Source of the DNA: Ignavibacteriota bacterium
GTDB taxonomy: Bacteria; Bacteroidota; Ignavibacteria; UBA10030; CAVZMI01
Assembly (NCBI GenBank): GCA_963776275.1
Contig: CAVZMI010000006.1
Coordinates: forward strand, 64,001-128,000
Direction: 5' to 3'
Length of the DNA stretch: 64,000 nucleotides
Below, piece after piece: positions 41,323 to 51,966 of the stretch. Both the position numbers and the translations under genes were made by a program. The number at the start of each line of letters is the position of its first letter. The stretch's first letter is position 1. The notes below the pieces were generated by a model. That model was not told the DNA's origin. It searched no databases and saw nothing but the letters and a program-made list of their open reading frames with translations.

Positions 41323-42596
41323 GTGAATGTTTTTTCATAATTTTCTTCATACGGTTCATGCTCCTTCACCCGTTGAAGCAGCAATAAACCGATGAGGAAA
41401 AATAGACCGATGGAAACAACTGCAAATCGCTCGCTTCCTGTAAGATACGAAATAAATCCAAAGAGAAACGTCCCGATAACAGCCGATGCCTTCCCGCAGA
41501 GGCCGTCATAAAATCCAAAGAATTCAGCCTCTCGCTCTTTAGGCGTCAGCTGTGCCATAAAACTCCTGCTCGCCGATTGGGTTCCTCCCAGGCAGGCCCC
41601 GGCAAACAATCCTATGACATAAAAGAATGTTTTCGACGTTGTGAAATATGCACCGATGACAATCGCACACCAGATTAAAAGCGACAGAGTGATAGTTCTC
41701 TTCGGTCCGTAGTGGTCGGTTAATACACCGAAGAGCACCGAACCAAGGATTGCTGTTGTCTGCACAACTGCAAAGAATGCCAGCACTTCCTGAAGTGAGA
41801 AATTTAACGATGTCCGGGCAAAGAGAGAAGAAAATGCGATCACCGAGAGGATGCCGTCGTTGTACAGAAAGAATGCAAGAAGAAATCGGGCGACGTTTCG
41901 ATAGTGACGCAGATGCTTCACAGTGTCGTTCACACGATGAAGACCTTCACGGACATACGACAGACCCTTACCGTCGTTCCGGGAACGATCGCGCAAAAAG
42001 AGAAACAGCGGTATAGAAAACACCAGGAAGAAAAGTGCCGCAATGACAAAGCTGAACCGGATGGATGGAAGGTTCGATGAAGTAAAACCTGACTGATACA
42101 ACGGCATCGCAATCAATAACGTTGCAAGCGAACCGACATATCCCATAGCAAACCCGTAGCCTGAAACACGTCCGTAGCTTTTCTCTGTCGTCAAACCTGG
42201 TAGGAATGCATCATAGAATACCAGTCCCCCTTCGAAACCCATATTGGCAAGAATAAAAAGCACCATTGCCCATGCAATCATCCCCGCCTTGAGAAAATAC
42301 ATCAATGCCGTACAGAGAATTGAAACAACTGTAAAAACAAAAAGGAATTGTTTTTTCCGATGCGAATAATCACTCGCGGCTCCGAGCACGGGAGAAATTG
42401 CGGCCGTCAGGAACATCGAAATACTTACCGTCACGCCCCAGAGAAAATCTCCATATTCGCCGCCGCCCACAATGATTTCTTTAAAATAGAGCGAGAATCC
42501 GACCGTAACAATAAGGACGGAAAACGATGTATTTGCAAAATCGAAGAGAGTCCAAACGGCAATCTGCGATCGTGGACTTTTAAGCATTGGCATCAA
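41319..42596 (-). CDS. MFS transporter (UMF1/Atg22-like)
   Basis: WTLFDFANTSF, VFYDAFLP, GRVSGYGFAMGY, QSASRS, EFFGFY. Confidence 0.88.
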   Translation of the reverse strand: MMPMLKSPRSQIAVWTLFDFANTSFSVLIVTVGFSLYFKEIIVGGGEYGDFLWGVTVSISMFLTAAISPVLGAASDYSHRKKQFLFVFTVVSILCTALMYFLKAGMIAWAMVLFILANMGFEGGLVFYDAFLPGLTTEKSYGRVSGYGFAMGYVGSLATLLIAMPLYQSGFTSSNLPSIRFSFVIAALFFLVFSIPLFLFLRDRSRNDGKGLSYVREGLHRVNDTVKHLRHYRNVARFLLAFFLYNDGILSVIAFSSLFARTSLNFSLQEVLAFFAVVQTTAILGSVLFGVLTDHYGPKRTITLSLLIWCAIVIGAYFTTSKTFFYVIGLFAGACLGGTQSASRSFMAQLTPKEREAEFFGFYDGLCGKASAVIGTFLFGFISYLTGSERFAVVSIGLFFLIGLLLLQRVKEHEPYEENYEKTFT

Positions 42597-43075
42597 TGAC
42601 CCTTTTTCTTTTTTTCGGGAAGACTCATTCCCATAAGGCCGCGTCCGGTTTTTACAAGAGTCCCGTCACGCATCATATCTTCAAGGATTGCATCCAAGAC
42701 GCCGTTGACGAATTTCCCGCTTTTCTCCGTACTGAATTCTTTGGCAATTTCAATTGCTTCATTGATCGTGACCTTCGGCGGGATGTCCGGACAGTACATG
42801 AGCTCACTTATGCCGAGACGAAGAACCAATCGATCGATGATTGCGAGACGATTGAATTCCCAGTTGTCGACTTTCGCCCGGATTCGTTTATCAGCAGTTA
42901 TCTGATGCTGAACTGTTTTATAGAGAATTTCTTTGGCAAATTCAAATGCTTCTCTATCCTTCCGCAGTTCGCCGAGAATATTCTCCACAATATTTGTTAT
43001 GGGTTCCCGGGAAAGCTCATATGCGTACAGAGCCTGTAATACTTTTTCACGAATAATACGACGTTTATAGAGCAT
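42593..43075 (-). CDS. nusB: transcription antitermination factor NusB
   Basis: RRIIREKVLQALY, IDRLVLR, INEAIEIAKEF, FVNGVLD. Confidence 0.96.
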   Translation of the reverse strand: MLYKRRIIREKVLQALYAYELSREPITNIVENILGELRKDREAFEFAKEILYKTVQHQITADKRIRAKVDNWEFNRLAIIDRLVLRLGISELMYCPDIPPKVTINEAIEIAKEFSTEKSGKFVNGVLDAILEDMMRDGTLVKTGRGLMGMSLPEKKKKGH

Positions 43076-43124
43076 TGTTATTGCTTTCTTCTTCCGCCGT
43101 GTACTTTAATAAAAAGAGGCAGAT

Positions 43125-43940
43125 CTAATTCATTGTTCGGGAACGATCTTCTCCCTCTGATAATTCTACCGGAGTAATTGTGATGCGCGGAACGTTATTC
43201 CACGGATGCCTGTCGACCAGGACAGGCGTTCCGAATACCCGGGAAATTAGTGGCGATGTCAGCACTTCTATCGGAGTTCCGAGAGCGGCTATTTCACCTT
43301 CGTGAAGCATGAGGATGCGATCGCTGTAGACGGCCGTTAGATTGAGATCATGAGAGACTGAAATGACAGTCAACGCCTGCCGGGTCTTAAGGTGTTTGAT
43401 AATCGTAAAGATACTCAACTGATGAGCTATATCGAGGTGAGTATTCGGTTCATCCAGAAGAAGAATCGACGCCTGTTGTGCAAGTGCACGGGCGAGGTAT
43501 GCCCGTTGCCGTTCACCGCCCGAGAGTGCGGTGATGGGATGATCCGCAAGATCTCCGATATCAGTCAGTTCCATCATCTCACGTGCAATCGCAATATCTG
43601 CGGGGCGTTCGAATCCGATTCCGCGAAGATGGGGAGATCTCCCCATTAATACAACCTCCATCACGGTAAATGGAAAAACTGTAGGGTGATCCTGCGGAAC
43701 ATAGGCGATACGACGGGCAATATCGGCATGAGAATAGCCTGAAAGCTTCAGATCGTCAAGTAGAATGCGACCTGATGACGGCGAATGCAACCGGGCAAGC
43801 AACCGCAACAATGTAGTTTTTCCGGATCCATTCGGTCCTATCAGGCTGAGGAATTCTCCTGTCTGGACTTCGAACGATATATGTTGAAGAACGGGACGAA
43901 CCGTATACCAAAACGAGACATTCTCGATTCTCAGGTTCAC
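43125..43940 (-). CDS. iron-complex/cobalamin ABC transporter ATP-binding protein
   Basis: GPNGSGKT, LSGGERQR, LLDEPNTHLDIAHQ, SHDLNL; no permease gene adjacent. Confidence 0.9.
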   Translation of the reverse strand: MNLRIENVSFWYTVRPVLQHISFEVQTGEFLSLIGPNGSGKTTLLRLLARLHSPSSGRILLDDLKLSGYSHADIARRIAYVPQDHPTVFPFTVMEVVLMGRSPHLRGIGFERPADIAIAREMMELTDIGDLADHPITALSGGERQRAYLARALAQQASILLLDEPNTHLDIAHQLSIFTIIKHLKTRQALTVISVSHDLNLTAVYSDRILMLHEGEIAALGTPIEVLTSPLISRVFGTPVLVDRHPWNNVPRITITPVELSEGEDRSRTMN

Positions 43941-44066
43941 TCTTACTCCATACGAACAAGTAAATTAACGAGTTCACCAATGTTCACAGGGGAATCTCTT
44001 TCATTAATGAAATTACGGAATATTCTGGAGGAAGGCAATTCAGTGAAACAGTCCCTCTCCATGGTA

Positions 44067-44095
44067 TTGACAAAGAGAATCTATTGTGCTATATT
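44067..44095 (+). promoter_or_regulatory. sigma70-type promoter
   Basis: TTGACA-17 bp-TATATT upstream of ATG 44169. Confidence 0.6.
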
Positions 44096-44168
44096 TTTTT
44101 GTCCTTTTTTAAAGAAGATACCAATATCCATATCGATCCAACCTCTTCAAACTTTACGGGGAACATTT

Positions 44169-46592
44169 ATGCAAACTCTCGCGATTCTTCCTCGATTTAT
44201 CTTCATTACTGCCTTTTTGGGAATGCTGATATTTTTACCGGCAGAAGCGCAGGTTTCCGGGAAGGTTCTTTCCACAAAGGCTGCCGATACCAATGAAGGG
44301 AATGACATCACTATTACTGCCGAGATCGTACCGGGTGCCAATATTGCACAGTTTTTCCTCATGTACCGGCAATATGGTCAGAGCGAATTCCGTCAGGCAG
44401 AGATGACGTATAGAGCAACCATAGCGACCGGTATTATTTCCAGCGCGAATGTGACTCCACCTTTTATCGAGTACTATATCCTCCTTCAATTAAAAGATGG
44501 GACGACCGAAACGTACCCTCTTCAAAACCCCGATGCTAATCCGTTACGTGTAACCGTCATCGGACGTTCGGAGAAAGACCGCGAAGCCATCATTCTCAGT
44601 CCGGAAAAGGACGAACGCCTATCGAAGGAAGATCTCTTCATTTCAATCTCATTGATTTATGCAAGTTCGAATGTCGATAAGAGCGCAACAAAATTATTCA
44701 TCGACGGCATTGACGTAACAGCTAATGCTATTATCAGTAATGATGTTCTTACATACATCGCCGATAATTTTCCGGGAACTCTTGCGGCAGGGACACATAC
44801 TTTTCGCGTTGAGCTACGCACACCGGGCGGCGAGCTGTACCATACTGTGAGCAGTTCGTTCTCCGTTGTCACCGTAGCAGTATTGGCAACCGAGGGGCGT
44901 GCATTTAAGTACGGGGTTTCTCTTCAAGCCGAGGCACGTAACGAAAGAATCAGCAACGTCGGCACGTGGTACAATCGTATTAGTCTTCGCCTCAACGGCG
45001 GCTGGCCGAGCGCGACATTCAATTCATACATTCACATAACTTCCGAGGAAAAGGAATACCGCCAGCCGCAAAACCGGTACTCCATATCCGGAGAAACAAG
45101 CTGGTTGAAAGTCGGACTCGGCGATGTGTATCCAGTTTTTCCAAGTCTGATTCTAAACGGACAGCGCGTGCGCGGCGTATCGGGCAATCTTATCCTTGGA
45201 GTTTTTCACCTGGATGTAGCATACGGTGAAGCTGTTCGCGGTATTGAAGGAACGGAAAGAGCGCGTTTCCGTAAGGACACGCTGGCATATGTGCCATCAA
45301 ACAGCCAACTTCTCAGCGGACCCGATTCGAACTACTATGCCCAGTATTATTACGGAACATACAAACGGAACTTATTTGCAATTCGTCCAAGCTTCGGGAA
45401 AGGCGAGAATTTCCGTATAGGTTTCAATTATCTGCACTCGATTGACGATAAAAATTCGATCAAATTCAGCGTGAGACCGGCGGAAAATCTGGTTCTAGGA
45501 TCGGATCTGCTTTTTGGTCTCGATAACCAACGATTCCTTTTCACGGCTCAGGCTGCAATAAGTGTGATGAACAATGATATTACAAGCGGCGATATAACCG
45601 ATGCACGTATCGATTCGCTATTCGGTCCCGGTAAATCTTTTGAGGGAGATCCGCAAACTGTCAAGGACTTGAAAAAATTTGCATCACCTTTTATTACCGT
45701 CAATGAGAACCTGTCTCCGCTCGATCCGTCGAAAGGCGGCTCGCTGGCTTACGAGGCCGCACTCAGTCTGAATTATTTTGGCAACTATCTTAAAGCAAGC
45801 TACATTTCACGCGGCGGCGAATATCACTCGTTCGGGCAGCTCTATCTCCGCACCGATGTTGCAGGATTTAATATCATAGACCGGCTACGACTACTCGAGA
45901 ATACACTCTTCCTTGCGGGGAATCTTGAACTTTTAAAAGATAACCTGAATAATACAAAAATTGCTACAACCGATTTTACCAATTTCAATTTCTCAGTCTC
46001 GTACTATCCACGGATCAATTTCCCGAATGTTACGGTTGGCGTCGGCGGGTACGGTAATAATAACAATCTCAACCTGCATGGTAGCGATTCTCTGAGTGCC
46101 ATTGACAACATGACAATGCGTTTTTTCACACAACTGGGATATGATTTCACATATTACGCACGGCATAGTACGAGTCTTAGCATCAGCGCACTGAATACCG
46201 ACGATCGTACACTGGCAAAGCTCAATATGAAAAATACAGTAATTGCGGCCGGTGTGACTACAACCTATAAGATACCCCTGCAGACAACGGTAAATCTGAC
46301 CCTTAACTTTAATACTTTGCCCTATCTCTCTTCAGATACATCTACCGGTACATCAAAGTACAACTATACGACACTCATGCTCAACGGAACCTATCGCTTC
46401 CTCGGAGAGAAGCTTAGTGTGGGAGCGACGGTAAGCCCCACTTTCGGCGATTTGAAGCGAACGCTTTTTGAGCTGGTGTCGCAATATCAGTTCACAACAC
46501 AGCAGAGTCTTTCATTCCAATTTTACCTGATTAATAATCCAGGATCAAAGAATGATATTATTGCCAGTCTTGTCTACCGGCTCGATCTTTAA
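44169..46592 (+). CDS. large hypothetical outer-membrane protein (Ig-like N-terminal domains + beta-barrel-like C-terminus)
   Basis: Signal peptide ending AEA; Ig-like segments (IEYYI, GTHTFRV); amphipathic beta strands ending YRLDL. Confidence 0.75.
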   Translation: MQTLAILPRFIFITAFLGMLIFLPAEAQVSGKVLSTKAADTNEGNDITITAEIVPGANIAQFFLMYRQYGQSEFRQAEMTYRATIATGIISSANVTPPFIEYYILLQLKDGTTETYPLQNPDANPLRVTVIGRSEKDREAIILSPEKDERLSKEDLFISISLIYASSNVDKSATKLFIDGIDVTANAIISNDVLTYIADNFPGTLAAGTHTFRVELRTPGGELYHTVSSSFSVVTVAVLATEGRAFKYGVSLQAEARNERISNVGTWYNRISLRLNGGWPSATFNSYIHITSEEKEYRQPQNRYSISGETSWLKVGLGDVYPVFPSLILNGQRVRGVSGNLILGVFHLDVAYGEAVRGIEGTERARFRKDTLAYVPSNSQLLSGPDSNYYAQYYYGTYKRNLFAIRPSFGKGENFRIGFNYLHSIDDKNSIKFSVRPAENLVLGSDLLFGLDNQRFLFTAQAAISVMNNDITSGDITDARIDSLFGPGKSFEGDPQTVKDLKKFASPFITVNENLSPLDPSKGGSLAYEAALSLNYFGNYLKASYISRGGEYHSFGQLYLRTDVAGFNIIDRLRLLENTLFLAGNLELLKDNLNNTKIATTDFTNFNFSVSYYPRINFPNVTVGVGGYGNNNNLNLHGSDSLSAIDNMTMRFFTQLGYDFTYYARHSTSLSISALNTDDRTLAKLNMKNTVIAAGVTTTYKIPLQTTVNLTLNFNTLPYLSSDTSTGTSKYNYTTLMLNGTYRFLGEKLSVGATVSPTFGDLKRTLFELVSQYQFTTQQSLSFQFYLINNPGSKNDIIASLVYRLDL

Positions 46593-46628
46593 TCGAGCCG
46601 GTCAGAATTTCACCGACTTCTTGCGTGA

Positions 46629-48839
46629 ATGAAAAAGCTCCAGTTCCAGACTCCATCGAAGAACATTTCTGCTCTCCGGCTTCTTGTCGGTGTGGTGTTC
46701 TCACTCTGTCTTGTCCTCATTACACGGAATATATTTTTTGATATTTCATTTTTGAGCGATCTTGAGCTTCTCACAATCGATTACCGTTTTCAGTATCGCG
46801 GTACTGTCCGAGACCTTACAACGAATCCGGATGTGATCATTTGTGAAATATCCGACGATGCAATCAAAGCCCTGCCGACAAAATTCCCGTGGCCGTATTC
46901 GTATTATGCACGTGCAATACGTAATTTGAACCGTGCCGGCGCAAAGGTTATCGCGTTTGATATCATCTGGGATACGCCGGTCGGTCCTGAACAGGAACGC
47001 GACTACCGTGAACTCTGGAATGCTATCCACACGGCCGGTAACGTGGTTCTTGGCGGACGGGCTGAAGTCAACATCGGCACAGGCAAATACACTATAAAGA
47101 GAACTGCTGAAAATTTTAATAATATTTTTTTCGATGCTGACAGCATTATAGGAATTGTGAATTTAAGAAACGACCGCGACGGCATTTTCCGGCGATATCA
47201 GCCGTTCACATATATCAGTGAAACACAGGTGCCCACATTCGCATCCGCAATTCTGCAGACATCTTTAGGAATACCACGTGGAACACCGATTTCGTATTCA
47301 CGCAAGTCGTTCTTGATCGGAGATCGCGTAGTTCCGAATTTTGACGGTACCTCGGTTGCAATTAACTATTATGGACCGACACGGACGTTCAAATATCTCC
47401 AGTTTTCCGACGTGATGGATGATAAGGATTTCAAAACGCGTGACGAGCTTGCAATGGGAGTCGATGTTAATACTTTTGATGATCCGGATTTTGGATATAT
47501 AAAGTCCGGCCTTTTTAAAAACAGAATTGTTCTTATCGGTTCATCTCTCCCTGAATTTAAAGACCTTCTTCCGGTTCCCATCCCGAACAGCGCCGAGGCA
47601 GGAGATAATCTTACCAACGGAGTCGAGGTTCATGCCACTGTGGTTCAGAATATGCTGGATCAGTTTTATATCCGGCATATCTCTCCATGGATAGAGGTTC
47701 CTCTGTTTACACTCCTAGGCGTGTTGACGATGATTGCGATATTCCAGCTCACGCATATAAAGACACGCTTCACTTTTTTTATCGAAATAGGTACGATCAT
47801 TTTCGTACTTCTGTCCGTCGCTCTCATTGCATATATTGCCCTTGAACTCTTTACTCGCTCATCGCTGCTCCTGAACATTGTCTGTCCTGCAATCACGATC
47901 TCTGCGAATTACATCGGGATTACCGCCTATCGATATATTGTTGAGCGAAGGCAAAAAGCAATGATCAAAGGGATGTTCAGTCTCTATCTTCATCCGGATA
48001 TCGTTAACGAAATCATCTCTCATCCGGAAAAATTACGTCTGGGCGGTGACAAAAAAGAACTCACGGTGATGTTCAGCGATATCGCCAATTTCACCACGAT
48101 ATCGGAAGATATGCAGCCGGAAGAGCTAGTGCTGCTCCTGAACGATTTTCTGAGTCTTATGACCGAGATCGTCAAGAAACACCATGGAACACTCGATAAA
48201 TATGTCGGCGATGCAATCATCGCCTTCTGGGGTGCTCCGGCTTCCCAGGACGACCACGCACTCCGTGCTTGCAAAACCGCGCTGGATATGCAGAGGATAC
48301 TTGAACAGTTGCGTGGCAAACTGGTCGCCGAAAATAAACCTGTGCTTACGATTCGCATCGGTTTAAGCACAGGTAAAATGGTCGTAGGAAACATGGGCGG
48401 GAAGGAACGGTTTGCATATACCGTTATCGGCGATAGTGTCAACCTTGGCTCCCGCCTCGAAGGAGCGAACAAGCAATACGGCACGCGTATTTTGATCAGC
48501 GAAAATACATACGAGAAAGTGAAGAACGACGTCATCGCACGCGAGGTCGACTTGCTTGTTGTAAAGGGAAAGACCGCACCGGTTCGCACCTACGAGCTTA
48601 TTTCACTCGCAAGTGATGGAATCAGCGACGAGCAACGCCGGGTGATCGACCATTTCACCAGAGGACTTGCACTCTTTCGAAACCGCGAGTTCGGCAAAGC
48701 AATACAATGTTTCGAGGACGCTCTGGCGATCGATCCGGAAGATCATCCCTCGCAGCTCTATATCGAGCGTTCACAACTCTATCTCGACACACCCCCACCG
48801 CCGGATTGGGATGGGGTGTTCGTCATGAAGACAAAATAG
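46629..48839 (+). CDS. CHASE2-domain class III adenylate/guanylate cyclase with C-terminal TPR
   Basis: WPYSYYA, IAFDI, DRDGIFRR, NGVEVHA (CHASE2); FSDIANFT, DKYVGDAI, IGDSVNLGSRLEG. Confidence 0.93.
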   Translation: MKKLQFQTPSKNISALRLLVGVVFSLCLVLITRNIFFDISFLSDLELLTIDYRFQYRGTVRDLTTNPDVIICEISDDAIKALPTKFPWPYSYYARAIRNLNRAGAKVIAFDIIWDTPVGPEQERDYRELWNAIHTAGNVVLGGRAEVNIGTGKYTIKRTAENFNNIFFDADSIIGIVNLRNDRDGIFRRYQPFTYISETQVPTFASAILQTSLGIPRGTPISYSRKSFLIGDRVVPNFDGTSVAINYYGPTRTFKYLQFSDVMDDKDFKTRDELAMGVDVNTFDDPDFGYIKSGLFKNRIVLIGSSLPEFKDLLPVPIPNSAEAGDNLTNGVEVHATVVQNMLDQFYIRHISPWIEVPLFTLLGVLTMIAIFQLTHIKTRFTFFIEIGTIIFVLLSVALIAYIALELFTRSSLLLNIVCPAITISANYIGITAYRYIVERRQKAMIKGMFSLYLHPDIVNEIISHPEKLRLGGDKKELTVMFSDIANFTTISEDMQPEELVLLLNDFLSLMTEIVKKHHGTLDKYVGDAIIAFWGAPASQDDHALRACKTALDMQRILEQLRGKLVAENKPVLTIRIGLSTGKMVVGNMGGKERFAYTVIGDSVNLGSRLEGANKQYGTRILISENTYEKVKNDVIAREVDLLVVKGKTAPVRTYELISLASDGISDEQRRVIDHFTRGLALFRNREFGKAIQCFEDALAIDPEDHPSQLYIERSQLYLDTPPPPDWDGVFVMKTK

Positions 48840-48856
48840 AAACAGGTTAAGGTTAA

Positions 48857-49020
48857 CCCTTCGAAGCTCTGCTGGCGCGGAGCTCTCGCCTCGCTCCCCG
48901 TCTCGCCTTCGGCTCTCTGAGGTGGACGTTTGGCGGAGCGGGTCGGCGGAATTCGCTCCACATAATGGTCCCCTTCGACATGCCTGCGGCGTGCTCAGGG
49001 TAAACTTTAGTACAGGGCAA
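48857..49020. repeat. composite/nested short palindromic repeat region
   Basis: GC-rich hairpin elements, CCCTTCGA at two positions, ..GCTCAGGG and CAGGGCAA ends. Confidence 0.55.
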
Positions 49021-49050
49021 GGATTGAGGTCGGGATTAAAACTGAAAAGA

Positions 49051-49875
49051 ATGTTAATCATAAGACTCTTTGTTATTCCCGTTATTACTCTTTTAGTACT
49101 CAGTTGCGGACCCTCCTTGTTGGAAATGAATAATCCTGCATATCTCCTGAAAAAATCAGGCCCTTGGGAGAATCAGCCATCGGAACATTTCATGCTGTAC
49201 TACCCTCCCCACTCAATTGCCGATACGACAATTGCCTCGATTCTTATTGCTCAAGAGAATAATTATTTCCATATCAGGCAGATTATAAAATTCCCCGATT
49301 CAACAACCTTTCCGAAAATCAATATTTGGCTGTTCAGGGATTCGGTGGAAAAGTACAAGAAAACCCATACTCGCTCATCTGCACACTCACTTCAGGAGTA
49401 TTGGTCGGAATACTGTGTCGTGGGGAATGCACGCGGTGCACATGAAACCGCGCATCTTCTTATCAACCGTCTCTGGGGAGACCCCGTATCGCAGAAATAC
49501 AAATTCTTGTTGGACGAGGGTTTTTCGATCTATTGTGATGAAGCCCGCTTTATTCGATTAGGTCTGAAAATAGAATGCAGTGAGGCGATGCTTGACCGTA
49601 AGTATACTATTCGTTCTGTGATTGCCGATTCCTCGGACAGTCTTGACCTCCTGAAAAAAAGTATTATCTCGGGGACATTTATAAAATACCTTATCGAATC
49701 ATATGGTATCGAGAAGTTCTCGATATTATGGAAAACGGCCCAAGAGGAAGAGACCATTTTTCAAAGAATATACAGCCGTTCACAGAGGGAATTGGAGAAA
49801 GGATTTATGCTTTTCCTCCAGGGTGAACCCCGGCGTCTTATGAATCCTAATCGTAGCATTGAAGGAAAAGGATAA
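49051..49875 (+). CDS. lipoprotein, putative gluzincin/peptidase MA-like
   Basis: Lipobox VLSC; HETAH plus downstream DEGFS. Confidence 0.7.
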   Translation: MLIIRLFVIPVITLLVLSCGPSLLEMNNPAYLLKKSGPWENQPSEHFMLYYPPHSIADTTIASILIAQENNYFHIRQIIKFPDSTTFPKINIWLFRDSVEKYKKTHTRSSAHSLQEYWSEYCVVGNARGAHETAHLLINRLWGDPVSQKYKFLLDEGFSIYCDEARFIRLGLKIECSEAMLDRKYTIRSVIADSSDSLDLLKKSIISGTFIKYLIESYGIEKFSILWKTAQEEETIFQRIYSRSQRELEKGFMLFLQGEPRRLMNPNRSIEGKG

Positions 49876-49898
49876 AACGTAACCGAAAAGTGAATAAA

Positions 49899-49932
49899 AA
49901 ATCCCAAGTCTTGAAATTCTGACTTGGGATTT
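49899..49932. terminator. bidirectional terminator
   Basis: AAATCCCAAGTC/GACTTGGGATTT stem between convergent genes. Confidence 0.7.
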
Positions 49933-49995
49933 GGCAATCTGTAATAGGGTATTTCAAAGAAATGCAACGTTTTTATCCGATTCACGCGAGAAGAA

Positions 49996-50424
49996 TCATA
50001 GCGGTGGATTTTTCGCAGCAAATTCTTTTGCATGAACCGAATCTTTAAAGGCTACCTTTCCTGATCTGTTTGGTGTGGCTATTCCGGTCTTGACGATTGT
50101 CGCCCGATCATATGGAATCCATGTTCGCGTCTCATAATCTTTCACAAATATCGCATCAATCCTCGGAGCGTCGGGCTTCTGCATAAATGATTCCAAACAT
50201 TTTAAATCATCAAACTTGTATACTTTTCCACCCGCTCCGATAATCTCCGAAGCGAACGCCTGATTTTTAATAATCATAGTACAATAATCACACTTGTCGT
50301 CTTTCAGAAGATTTACCGGTTTCGCCTCTTTTTTACCGCCACAGGATGCAAACGATATTCCAATGACAGCCATAAATAAAAGAGCCGTAGCCGACCGAGC
50401 AACAAGCGAAATTTTCGTACTCAT
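49996..50424 (-). CDS. NosL-family copper-binding lipoprotein
   Basis: Lipobox FASC; CDYCTMII, FASEI, YKFDDLKC, VKDY, TP motifs. Confidence 0.8.
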   Translation of the reverse strand: MSTKISLVARSATALLFMAVIGISFASCGGKKEAKPVNLLKDDKCDYCTMIIKNQAFASEIIGAGGKVYKFDDLKCLESFMQKPDAPRIDAIFVKDYETRTWIPYDRATIVKTGIATPNRSGKVAFKDSVHAKEFAAKNPPL

Positions 50425-50733
50425 AGGAATAACCTCCTCCCTATCAATTCTGCGCAGCATTTTTCATCAAATACGGCCATTATCGGTTTCTTGTTTTTCA
50501 CTTTTTTCTCGAGTATCTGCTCCTAAAATTAACAGCTCAGCAATTGATTGCGTTTCATATTTCTCTTATGAATGAATGTAGCAAATGATTTCTTATAATG
50601 CATAAACAAAACTTATTAAAAGTATGAAAGAGGTTTTTAAACTCGTAAAAAATAACGAGACCAATTCAATAACACATATCGCCTGTAATTATCCTGATAG
50701 TCTGACTGCACTGCCAAAAAAGACTGACACAAA

Positions 50734-51302
50734 CTAGCCGTTTTGTACCCGACCGGTTTTCATTTCTCCAAACTTCTTTTCTAACTCATGCGCTATACTG
50801 TGATATTTCTCGTGAATCCCTTCTCCAATCTCTTCAGCCTCAACCCTGTTAAAAGCTTTTTCCAGTTCAGATTGATCTTCAGACGTGAGAATGCGATCGC
50901 TCATTGGGAAAAGAACGCCGTTTTCCTTCATGATATGGGCACGCAATAACCGGACATAGGATGCGAGACTGTTTTTCATTGAAGTAATGGCGGCAGCGTC
51001 ACCCTCCCGGGCTTTCGGGAATGCCCCGGCAATCTCTCCCATATATTTTCGTCCGGCTTCATGTTCAGACAGCATTACCGCGATCGGACCGATTCAGCCG
51101 ACATACCCCGCTCACATAATTTTGGGAAAAGATGTTTCTCTTCCTTCGTATGGTGACATCCATCGGTGAAGTTCCTGGAAAAATCTATTATCTTTTCGAG
51201 CTCATCTGCGTAAAGATCGGAAGATTCCAGAATCTGTTCTGCTGAATCGAGGATCAACGAAACGATTTGATGTTCATAACGCAATGTATTTATTGGCTTC
51301 AT
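50734..51302 (-). CDS. hemerythrin-domain protein, apparent frameshift near 51089
   Basis: LRYEHQ, DGCHHTKEEKHLFP, (G)PIAVMLSEHEAGR, HIMKENGVLFP. Confidence 0.88.
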
Positions 51303-51336
51303 CTTTTTTACTCCCCGTCATTTTTTTCATAGTCCA

Positions 51337-51945
51337 TTATTCCTGGTGCTGACCTTCATTTTTCTCGTGGGACTCGCCCTGTGCTTCAGCATCCAAATGT
51401 AGCCGCTCGATATAGTGAACATATTCCACATAGGCGGCAACATATGCACGCCCCACTTCAATACTTTTCCCTATTTCTTTCTTCAACTCCATAACCTTGT
51501 GAAAGCGCTCGTCGATCCCACTTTTTATATTATTGCCAATTAATTGGATAACCGGATCAATTTTACCTGTTTCAAGCGCTCTATCGGCGCTTTCTGTAGC
51601 TGGACTAAGTCCACTTCCAGCAGGTTTTAATCCGGTATACGGTTCCCTCTCTCCAGCACGATGTAAACGTACAAGAGTCTCGAAGAAATACATATCCGCT
51701 AACTCTTTCGCCTGCGGATTTAATTTTCGCACTGCAAGAGTCCTCTCAAATGCTTCTTTGATTATCCCTTCATATTTCTGCTGTACCCATATCAACACAA
51801 GATTAATGTTGCCGGTTTCGAGCACTTTTTGGGCAGCTTGTACTACCGGTTCGTCCATCGTATCGCAATATGCGAGCACTTCAGGAACCAGGAAGAAGAA
51901 TACGATAATTGACACTGACCATATTACAAATAGATTGGTTTTCAT
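51337..51945 (-). CDS. DUF6448-like secreted protein
   Basis: A.CDTMD.PVV, YFFETLVRLHRAGE..PYTGLKPAG, GRAYVAAYVEYVHY. Confidence 0.78.
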   Translation of the reverse strand: MKTNLFVIWSVSIIVFFFLVPEVLAYCDTMDEPVVQAAQKVLETGNINLVLIWVQQKYEGIIKEAFERTLAVRKLNPQAKELADMYFFETLVRLHRAGEREPYTGLKPAGSGLSPATESADRALETGKIDPVIQLIGNNIKSGIDERFHKVMELKKEIGKSIEVGRAYVAAYVEYVHYIERLHLDAEAQGESHEKNEGQHQE

Positions 51946-51966
51946 GACACCACCTCCATTCAATAA

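Noticed and set aside
43785-44168. 128-aa N-terminal extension of the outer-membrane protein
   Set aside because: Overlaps the divergent ABC ATPase and a good promoter; the signal peptide starts at ATG 44169.
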